From: an uncultured virus (IMG/VR IMGVR_UViG_3300047157_000163)
Taxonomy: Duplodnaviria; Heunggongvirae; Uroviricota; Caudoviricetes; Crassvirales
Strand: one strand, 5' to 3'
Length of the DNA stretch: 64,000 nucleotides
IMG/VR virus record: IMGVR_UViG_3300047157_000163
Part shown: one piece after another, positions 18,290 to 27,800 of the stretch
How positions within the stretch are numbered: position 1 is the stretch's first letter
How the letters are laid out: every line of letters begins with the position of its first letter
The notes under the pieces: generated by a model
Databases searched by the model: none
What the model saw: the letters and a program-made list of their open reading frames with translations, nothing else
What the model was told of the DNA's origin: nothing
Position numbers and translations under genes: made by a program

Positions 18290-18321
18290 AAAGGGGACCC
18301 GCAATTGGATCCCCTTTTTTT
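18290..18321. terminator. bidirectional intrinsic terminator between the convergent arms
   Basis: AAAGGGGA...TCCCCTTT stem with A and T tracts. Confidence 0.85.
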
Positions 18322-18604
18322 ATTTCTTTTTGTTTTTCTTCAACTCAGACCTGTCGTATTTAGATACTCTGCCTTTAGCTTTTCTTTCCCTTCTACCAGC
18401 AGCTATGTCCGAAGGACTTAACTCACTGTATGTTTTAGGAGTGTCTTTGCTAACTTTCTTTGTAGGTCTAAACACAACATCACCGTCGCTGTAGTCTTTA
18501 CTACCACTAGGTGTTCTCCAGTCTTCTTTAAACCAACGTTTAAGAGCTAACCCTTCCTTAGTTTTTCTAACTTTTTTAAAGGGCGAGTTGTCTTGAGTAT
18601 ACAT
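18320..18604 (-). CDS. small basic protein (MYTQDNSPFK...)
   Basis: start moved to ATG 18604. Confidence 0.7.
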   Translation of the reverse strand: MYTQDNSPFKKVRKTKEGLALKRWFKEDWRTPSGSKDYSDGDVVFRPTKKVSKDTPKTYSELSPSDIAAGRRERKAKGRVSKYDRSELKKNKKK

Positions 18605-18605
18605 A

Positions 18606-18770
18606 TTACTTTTTCTTTCCTTTATTCTTTCTGCATTTGGCGATGGCACCAGAAGCATAAGCTGAGGGGAATACATCATACTGTGCTTTTACTTTATGAT
18701 AACACGCGTCTTTAAGCTTTAACGGGCTACCGAGCCTTTGTGGCCCACATCCCTTACTTGCCAAGACCAC
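18606..18770 (-). CDS. small basic protein (...GSPLKLKDACYHKVKAQYDVFPSAYASGAIAKCRK)
   Basis: 54-codon frame filling the gap; GTG/TTG start. Confidence 0.65.
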   Translation of the reverse strand: MVLASKGCGPQRLGSPLKLKDACYHKVKAQYDVFPSAYASGAIAKCRKNKGKKK

Positions 18771-19669
18771 TTAATTTACCAGCACCTTTGCTTTTCTTAT
18801 CAGCAGCTTTAGCCGCTTGGCGTGTTGCTTTTTTGTCTAAGCGAGCTAATCTAGCATTTTTGATAGCACCCTTAATACGGCCTTTACCAACACGCTTAGT
18901 AGTTTTAGTAGTTGACTCGCCTGCTTTGTTAGTTTTAGTAACTGTACGTGTGTTTGCGTCTTTAACAACAACTTTCTTTGTTACCAGTGTTTTTATTTAC
19001 GGTTTCTTTTTTCTTAACACCGTTAGACTTGGTAACTACTGTTGCTCTATTTGCTGTTTGAGTAATACGTGGGCTATTCTTTTTAGCTGGCTTTTCAGTT
19101 TTTCCTGATGCTGCTGGAGCAGAAGGCTTAGCTGGTAAAGCTGTATTTACTTTAGGAGCTGCAGTTGCTTTCTTTTTCTTAGGAGCAATTATTGTAGCTT
19201 CTTCCGTTCTACGGCGAACACTGCTTCCTAACTTTTCGTTAATACGATTCTGCACTTTGTTATATTCAGCAGTACCTTTCTTCAAACCTTTTCTTGAAGC
19301 AACTAAAGAGTTTAATTCTTTATCATACTTAGGCTTTGAACCTGAAGCTTTTGAACCTGATGTTCCACTTTTATTGCCGCTGCTGGCTGGCTTTACTTCT
19401 GCAGGATTAAACTTAGATTGAGGTGTTCCTGGAGCATAGCTACGTTGCGGAGATTTTGCATTTTTACCTGCAGCGCTGTTTGCTCCGGCCGTTCCTGTTT
19501 TACCTGCTTCTGTCCGTACGCCAGGTCCCATCATTGCTTTAGCTGGGGATTCCGGTGCAGCTTTAATTGCTTCTTGCAAATGCTGCGGAAGTTTTCCTTG
19601 ATTACCCTTAAGCGCTTTTGTTAAAGGTGACTTTGGTGCCATCTTAAACGGCGATTTGTTGTAACTCAT
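18754..19669 (-). CDS. Lys/Ala-rich basic protein, apparent 1-nt insertion at ~18977
   Basis: removing one A joins ...TGNK to KVVVKDANTR...GLGK; span is 915+1 nt. Confidence 0.65.
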
Positions 19670-19684
19670 GATTTTTTGTTTTTA

Positions 19685-20776
19685 TTATCTGAATTGGTAA
19701 TTAATTCCTGCTTTGATTTCAAAGACTTCTTTATCCCAGTATTTCATATACTCGCCTTCCGCGAATATACCCCAGTTCAACCCTATCTTGTAACCTATAA
19801 CTCCACCGAAGTTGTAGTCGATCCACTGACCTGGAATGAAATGATTTGTATTTTCTAGCTCATCAGCAAATTGCTCATAGGAAAACATATGATCTCCTAT
19901 TATATGAGTATGCCAGGGCAACATACTTGCCCATGAATGAATCCAAAAGTTTTCTGAGTAGTGATAATAGTCAATACCAATTATAGCTGATAAAGAACCA
20001 AGTGCCCCAATGCTTGCTAGTTGCTCAGCGTTGTATGCATTTACAATATCACCATATATATACTTTCTAAAATCTAAATCAGTATCCGCAACTTTATTGC
20101 CTTCAGGGTCGAGCCAATACCAATCATAATTGTCTACTTCATCATCATTATCATAATCGATACCGTAATAAATATCTTCGTAACCCATATCACGAACTAA
20201 ATCCCACCATGGACTGGTAGCTAGATATTCTGCAATAGGATTATAACCGTAAGCTTGGTGCTGTCTTGCTGCAACACCTAAACTAAAATCTACTTCACCA
20301 ACGTGTAGTCTTCCTCTTACTTCGACTTGAGTGTAATCTAGATTAACCAATCCTTGATTAAACAGCTCTGCCTTTACCATCCAATACTTAGCTAGATATC
20401 TTAAGAAGTAACGTTGGTTTATATAGTCATTGCCTTGTTGTCTGCCTCGGTCAAATTGAGCTAAGTACTCAAAACCTTCAACAGCACCTACAGTTGCAAA
20501 TAAAGATGTTGTAGACTGGTTGTGACCATCGTAAAATGGGTTTTGTCTTTTTTCGTAATCGTAACGGGCTACACGGCGTATGCCAAATGTATATCTGTAA
20601 TCAAACGGGTTTTCAACGGTTATATCCATTAGGTCCCCACCTTGAGAAACAAAGTACTCTGACTGTGCTTCCATTGGCGACGCTCCGTACACACTTGTGT
20701 ACAACGTGCTGTACTTTAACAATCCCTGCCCAAAAGCTGAGGTTGATATAAAAAATGTTATAAGTAGATTCTTCAT
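19685..20776 (-). CDS. putative outer-membrane beta-barrel protein
   Basis: signal peptide, alternating aromatic strands, C-terminal KAGINYQFR beta-signal-like end. Confidence 0.65.
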   Translation of the reverse strand: MKNLLITFFISTSAFGQGLLKYSTLYTSVYGASPMEAQSEYFVSQGGDLMDITVENPFDYRYTFGIRRVARYDYEKRQNPFYDGHNQSTTSLFATVGAVEGFEYLAQFDRGRQQGNDYINQRYFLRYLAKYWMVKAELFNQGLVNLDYTQVEVRGRLHVGEVDFSLGVAARQHQAYGYNPIAEYLATSPWWDLVRDMGYEDIYYGIDYDNDDEVDNYDWYWLDPEGNKVADTDLDFRKYIYGDIVNAYNAEQLASIGALGSLSAIIGIDYYHYSENFWIHSWASMLPWHTHIIGDHMFSYEQFADELENTNHFIPGQWIDYNFGGVIGYKIGLNWGIFAEGEYMKYWDKEVFEIKAGINYQFR

Positions 20777-20778
20777 GC

Positions 20779-21129
20779 CTAAAATTTATTAGCCCCTGTT
20801 AGCTGATCAACTTCTTTTTGTATCTCACGATAATCTATATGGCTAAGCGACAAATTAATGCCTGCTTCCCATCTTGTAATCTCTTTACCGTTTTTATACA
20901 ATACTAATGTAGGCACTGACCTTATACGCTCATCTTGTTTAAGAGTAGCGTTACCGTCAATAGATGCTTTAAATATTTTAGCATCTTTAATTTTAACAAC
21001 GTCCACATAATTATTTGCAGAGTTGAAGGATGCGTTATAATGCACTAAAACTATGCCCCGTTTGCTAATAGTACTAGAAGCAAAAGAACATAGTGAAAAC
21101 GCGAGTAACAAAAGTATTGTCTTTTTCAT
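20779..21129 (-). CDS. exported thioredoxin-fold protein lacking CxxC
   Basis: signal peptide; IRSVPTLVLYKNGKEITR. Confidence 0.65.
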   Translation of the reverse strand: MKKTILLLLAFSLCSFASSTISKRGIVLVHYNASFNSANNYVDVVKIKDAKIFKASIDGNATLKQDERIRSVPTLVLYKNGKEITRWEAGINLSLSHIDYREIQKEVDQLTGANKF

Positions 21130-21130
21130 A

Positions 21131-21406
21131 TCACTTCATTTCAAATAGTCTCTTTTCCATCTTATCAAGCTGCTCTTTAATATCGCCTACATCATCTTGC
21201 GTATTCATGATGGTTTCACGTATTAACTGATCTTTAAGATCGTATTCCATTCTACCAACCTCAGCAGGTGGCAGGAGCTTAGCTTCTTCAATGCCCGCCT
21301 GTAGGTCAAAATACCCGAGTGTAACCACCCCAACCGCGGCCATAATAGCACCAATAGTTTTTAAGGATAAACCTACTACTGTGTTTTCTGAAATTTCTTT
21401 AGCCAT
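21131..21406 (-). CDS. single-TM protein with coiled coil
   Basis: hydrophobic helix then heptad-rich tail; adjacent to the endolysin. Confidence 0.65.
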   Translation of the reverse strand: MAKEISENTVVGLSLKTIGAIMAAVGVVTLGYFDLQAGIEEAKLLPPAEVGRMEYDLKDQLIRETIMNTQDDVGDIKEQLDKMEKRLFEMK

Positions 21407-21408
21407 TT

Positions 21409-21870
21409 TTAGTAATGCTTATATTTTGTTTTGCCTTCTTTTTTATAGGCGATTAATCTTTCTCCACGGTTTTTGCGGTAGCTAACATAAGAAACATGCA
21501 CCCAATCCGGCTCTTCTTCGTTTCCGAATTCCCAAATTAGCTGGTCAAAGTCTGTATGCTCAGAAATATAATTAAATAGTTGGTTGTTGGTTAAGCCGCC
21601 AAATGCTTGGGCGTCGAGATCAAGAGCTTGGCCCTTAGAATGCTGAGAAGTTTTACTTCCACCAATACGTTCATTAAGTGCCTCACTACGGTATCCGGAA
21701 GTTACGCAAATAGGTTTGTTAAAATAATCACGCGTAGGTTGGAAAATGTTTAGTGCAATTGCCTTTAAATTTTCCAAATGCTCTACTGTGGGCTCATTAC
21801 TGATGCCACATCTCTTTGCTGTAGTTGATTTAATTACCTCAGCAACGCTTAAGTTATCTGATAATTTCAT
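21409..21870 (-). CDS. peptidase M15 family endolysin
   Basis: SGYRS..LN..IGG...SQH..GQA.D...WVHVS. Confidence 0.9.
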   Translation of the reverse strand: MKLSDNLSVAEVIKSTTAKRCGISNEPTVEHLENLKAIALNIFQPTRDYFNKPICVTSGYRSEALNERIGGSKTSQHSKGQALDLDAQAFGGLTNNQLFNYISEHTDFDQLIWEFGNEEEPDWVHVSYVSYRKNRGERLIAYKKEGKTKYKHY

Positions 21871-21876
21871 TGTTAA

Positions 21877-24800
21877 TTATTTAGATCGCGGCACAATATA
21901 GACTTCCGCTGATTTTTCTTTAGCTTTTCTTTCCGCTTCTTTCTTTTTCCTATTTTCTTCGCGCGTTTTCTTAGCCTTAGCTTTGCCTTCTTCTTTTCTT
22001 TTTTCTTTACCTTCTGCTTTAATTAAATCATGCTCTTCATTCTTAGCTCCAACATCCCAAGTTTTCCAACCAAGCCCTAATGCTATACGTTGCCAAATTG
22101 TGTTTCTAGAGTCTAGCGCTTCGGAGTAACCATTAATGAGGTCTACCATTCTATCCATAGGAACATTTGCAACACCAGAAACCAAGCTACCTATAATAGA
22201 ATATGCAGGGCTTAAATTTATGCGACCATCTTTCATAACGCTAAACCCTCTGGCTTCAAGCACATCTTTATTAAATGCTTCGCCTGCTAATGCAGAGTTT
22301 ATTTTTCTAAGCTTTGAGCCTATAGGAGGGGAAAGGCTAAGTGCTTGTAATATGATTGCACCTCTATCAGCCATGAAACCTTTTTCTTTCTGCGCAAAAT
22401 ATTCAGTGATAGTATTTTTAATAGTAGCTAATGCAGCTCCTCTAACACCACTACCCTTAAGAATAGAATCTGTCATGCTATTAATAATACGCAGATTACG
22501 CTTATCATCTTTACGCTGGCGTTTTTCTAATTCTTTTTCTGTCATTTCAGACTCATCTTCGTCGTCAAACCCAGGTATAACAGCAAACAAGGCGCTTTGC
22601 AACGCGGAAAATATAAAGTTTTGTACCGCGCCGTAGTAGATAATCTTAGATATATGTGTCTTAGCATCACCTCTACCATTAGCAAGATCTTGCATTGATT
22701 TCTTCATCAATCGAGTATACTGCATTGGAGTATTTTGGAATGCTAATACCAATCTACCTAGAACGCTACGTTGCTCTTGAGAAACTAAGTATGGATCAGA
22801 AGATTGCTGTGCTTCATCTGCAGTCTTACTAAAGTCTTCAAACGCTTGCTTTTCTGCTGCTGCTTGTTCCATACCTTCTTTAAGATATGTCTTAACTCGG
22901 TTACGGTAAAAAGTTGCGCCCCCCATAGAAATTGCAAAGCTATCCGCAATCTGAGTAGGTGTAAACCCAATTTTTAGCAAATAAGCAATTACTGCGCCCG
23001 CTTTATCTTTAGCGCCTTCTGCTTGATTAGCAATTTCAGCCTGGTTAACATCTGTTTGCAATCCAGAGCGGCGTTGCTTTAATTTGTCTGAGTTAAATAT
23101 CATTGCAAAATCCGACCAGTATTGAGGTTGATTTGCAAATGCTGCTGCAGCTTTTAGTGGGTTGTTATCGGACCAGTTAATAAAGTTAGTAGCAGAAAGA
23201 GTTTGTAGTACTGCAGAGCGAACGTTAAAGAACATGATTGCGCCAGTAGAGTTGTTTACCCAGTTTAGCCATTCATTAACTTGCTTATTATCATTCCCTG
23301 ATTTTACGCGGTTAGTACCGTTAGTCATTGCATACAATGCGTCTACTATAGCTTCTCTATGACGTGTTCCGTAAACGGCTTCTATTTTGTTTAGGTTTTC
23401 ATTACTAAATATTGCTTCAGAATTTTCTATAAACTCTTGCAAATATTTTTTACGCCCTACTTTTTCAGTCATTCCGTTTAAATCGGAAATTAAAGTACGG
23501 GAAAGCCAATGATCCCCCGGTTCTGCCCAGGTGTCTTGTCTAGATATAAGCTGCATTGCATTGCCTAGCTCAATTAACCCCGGTATTTGGTTAATTTCTT
23601 TAATAAGCATAACAATATCGTCTTTGCTCATTCCAGGTACCTCAATGCTCTGCTGCGTCCACATGTATACTCTTAACGCTTGGTCATATGTATAATCAGT
23701 ACTACCAATTTTTTTACCTAACATTTTAAAGTACTGCTTGCTCTCTTTAGCTAAAGCGTTGTACTCACGGCGTACTTGTTGTTTAACCGCTTCAATCATT
23801 GCAATACCTCTAAGGTAAGGTGTGATCAAATTATCTTCAATAAACTTTTGATCAGCTTCACCTTGCTTGCCTTTACCCGCAAACGTATATGAAGTTAATC
23901 CTCTAAAGTCTTCTGCAGAGGAAGGAACAAATAATCTATACTTACCCTTTCTTTCGCCTTGCATACGGGCTTGAGCATTAGAATATACTTTATCAGCAGC
24001 AACACCTTTATTACGCTCAATCATACTATTAAGCTCTTCGCTTAATCCCTTACTGAACTTAACGCCTGATGCTTCTAAGCCGGTATTTACTTGATTTACA
24101 AATGCTTCAGGTAAAGCCTCACCATATTTAAGGTTATCTGTGTTAACTTCATAAAATTTTGCTGGGTAATCTTCACGATACTGCTGTGCGCTTTCTTGTA
24201 CTTGGTCCCAGTTTTTCTTAACTACAAAATCCGGTAAAGATCTTTCGGTACGCGCAGCATTACGATTGCTCGCAATATCCTTGCTGGTATTGACAAAAAT
24301 CATGTGCACATCAAAACCCGCTGCTTCTAAAGCTTTCATTTTTTTAGTCGTAGCTTTATACGAAGCACCAGTACCGTCAACTACCATGCTTTCTTTTGCC
24401 GCTGTATTTTGAGCTAAATCTTCTTCCGCAGCTTTTCTGGCTTTCCACCCTAGCTTTGCTCTAGTAGATCGCTGCTCTTTAGTATAAGTGCTTTCGTCTG
24501 TAGGTAAGCCTTCTTCTCTAATGTATTTTTCTAAATAAGGATCTTGGTTAATCAATCTATACCCTCTGCCTACTAAATCTAAGTTTTTAATAACACTTGA
24601 CTTTCCTGACCCTGCGCCTCCAACCATAAATACAGCGGTAGGTTTAGACATTGAAAACTTAACACTTAGTGCCTGAGCATCTATGTTTTTAAGATATGCT
24701 TTTTCGTTTATATCAATATTTGGAAACTGATTACTTGTTTCTTCATTTATTTTTTCAATAACAGGTTTTCCTGTTTCTATATCGTAAAAACTGTTAAGTT

Positions 24801-27800
24801 GATTACTTGGTAACGTAAGCATTCTATTATACCCAGCTTCCGATGTCCTTCCTAAAATTTTATCTTGAATTTCAGAAGAAAGATTAGTGCTTATTTGTTG
24901 ATTAAACATTCTAGCCAACTTTAAAATTTGTTGACTAAACAATGTTTTATTACCCTTGTTTATTTTTCCATTAGGGTCTAAAGCTAATGCTTTTGATAAA
25001 GCGGCTATAGAAAACGCCATTTGTTTCATTGAAGTCCACCCATGCTCGTTTTTAAACAACAATAAGTCAGCTACATTTTTTTTGCCTTCAAAATTAAGTG
25101 CGTCATTCAACAAAGGGTGGTTTGGATTAAAAACAACATCTGGACTTCCATCTGATTTTAATAAGTATTCACCTGTTTTAGTATTGTAATAAGGTGCCTG
25201 AGGTCCATCAAATACTTGTATATCTGTTAGCGTAGTTAGCTGCGTCCATACACCTCTTAAAGCTGTTTGCTTTTGCAAAAGCATCATAAAGGCCGGGCCT
25301 AAATCAGGGTTGTTTTCAATAATATCAAAAGCAGCTTGCATTAAATAATTAAATGCTAATGGGTTGACTACATTAGCTTTTTCAACCATTTTTTTATCTT
25401 TTTCAGATATTGAGTTTAACTTTTCTTTTACTGATAGATCATCAAAGTATAGTATATCAGATATTCTTGTTACAATAGGGCTTTTTACATTGAATGCATA
25501 AGCGCCCTTAAATAAAACAGATGTAGGGCGTTTGCCGTAACTTCTGCTTGCAGCTATTTTTTTATTAAGTGCCGCATAGCCTTTAGTTCCTTTTAATATA
25601 AAACCATTATCCCCAAGGCCTAAGCTATTTTCGTTTGAAATTAAGCTTAATAAATATGGATCACCATTTACGGGATGTGACAGTGCATCTAATAATTTAT
25701 TCGCAAAATCAACACCCAATTCCGACGCTCTTTTTTTGTTTTCTTTTTTATTCAACTCTAAATATGCGTCAAGCAAATTATCTAAAGGAATATTATCTTC
25801 AACGTTTAACTTCTTAAGTGTAGATGCAAACTGTCCCTTACCTGTGCCAATAAGTTCTTTAACGTGATCGTCAAGCATTTCACGTATATCTTTAGGTAAA
25901 GAATATAATATTCTTGCATATCTAGTTTGATATCCTTCCTTTTTGGCAATTAAAGCCATTTCTACTAAATCAATTATAGACTTAGCATCTGAAATATCGC
26001 TTTTTTTATACTTTACATTACCTCTTTCAAAATTAATTTCGAGCTCGGTTACAAATGTTTCGTCTAGCTCAACATCTAATCTTTCCTGGTTTGCTTCAAA
26101 TGCTTGGCGAATAACACTATCAGGATTTTTCATTTCCCGGATAATAAATTCAATAGCCATTTCTTCAGAAATAGCTTTAGCAAGAGATTCTTTTTTACCT
26201 CGCAATGGATTGCCTTTTTCATCAAGAATAAAAGACAAAAATGTCTTATCATCTATTTTTACTGATGCGTTAGGTAATCTGCGAACCACCTCAGCTCCGG
26301 ATGTTCTACCAGCTTGATCCGTACTTGTAGTTTCTCTATCGATTTTTTTGCCTTTCCAATCACTAGTAAACACACCATTTACTTTCTTTTGAATAGCGGC
26401 GGGAAACGCAGACATTAAGTAAGTGGTGGTCATGTTTTCAAGGATAGCTTTTTTGTTATCCGTTAAAAATCTTCTAAGCACGCCATCTTTTTTACCACCC
26501 ATTGCTTTTTTCAAATCAATGTCAAGCTGCTTACCTAGTGCCAGTCTTATTTCATTTACAAGCGGCGTAACCGTAGTATTTTTTGAAACTGGTGCATCGA
26601 TACGGTTTTTAACAGTACCTACTATTCTAGGAATTTTTTCTAGCATTGCAGCCTCTAACGCTGGACTAGCCATACGGCTATCTAATAAACGTCTATAGGT
26701 AGGTCTTTCAGCCTCAGTACGCTCTTCTATTTGCTCTGTAGTAGTAACATCAGCTGCAGCACCTTTAAGGTCTTCTATGTTGCTCTGGTCAAAGTCTTCT
26801 ACAATGTCATTCTTACCCTGCCCAGATGCTTTAAGCATATCTTTAATACGAAAACTAATACGGCCATTTATATAACCATATAGTGTACCGCGACCATCAA
26901 ACTTGTTTATATCCCCATTAGAATATAGCCTGTATATAATATCGCTAACGGCCTCATCCATGTCAAACTGCAAGCCTTTGTTAGATAGTTTGGCTAGCTG
27001 CGCTTGAGCCATTCCTGGAATAAGTTTTGCAATAATATGTGAGTTAGGATCGAAAGAGTCCATATTTGAACTTACTTTCTCTAGCACTTCTTTTGCTTCT
27101 TTTGCAGCTGCTGATACGTTTTGTGTTTTACTAAGCTTAATATTATCGTTTGCAACTTGCATTGCGGAATTTGCTTTTGCTTTAGCCTCAAAAGTTAAAT
27201 TTCCTTTTTGTATACTTCTTTGGTAGTCTTTAATAAAATCAAAAACTTGTTGCCCGCTGGTAAATTCTTTATCCACATTACCTAAGCGTGTTTTAAAAGC
27301 ATTTACTATTAGTCTGCCAATTCTTTGCCATTCGCTTTCTTGCAATGCTTCAAAAGGAACCTCTTCTTGGCGTATAACATCAGAAAAGAAAGTAATATAT
27401 TCATCAATATCATTTCCGCTAACAGATCCGTCTTCATTAAATTTTATGTCATAAGTGCCGTCATCAATACCTGTCTTTAATTTATCTTCTACAGCTTTTA
27501 ATGCGCCTTTACTTTTAAGAATGTTTCTAAACTCGTTTATTATACGAGGCATAGCTTTATTATTCTTTAGCTCAGATCTTAATATTCTGTGCAATAACTC
27601 ATGCGAGCCCACACTAATAGCCGCAGTTTTGGCTGCAATTTCTACATTTATAACAATTTTGCCGTCTACTTCAGTGAAACCGTCTGACTTTAGCTTATTA
27701 TCAATTTTTATACCAGCAGCTTTCATTTCATCTACGGTATTATACACTGTAATGTTTTCTTCCCCAGCTACTTTTTTAACGGTTTCAGCTTCTTTTAATA

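Noticed and set aside
18971..18980. programmed frameshift in the basic protein (also ~48761)
   Set aside because: Single-base homopolymer indels like those in terL; no slippery site plus structure seen
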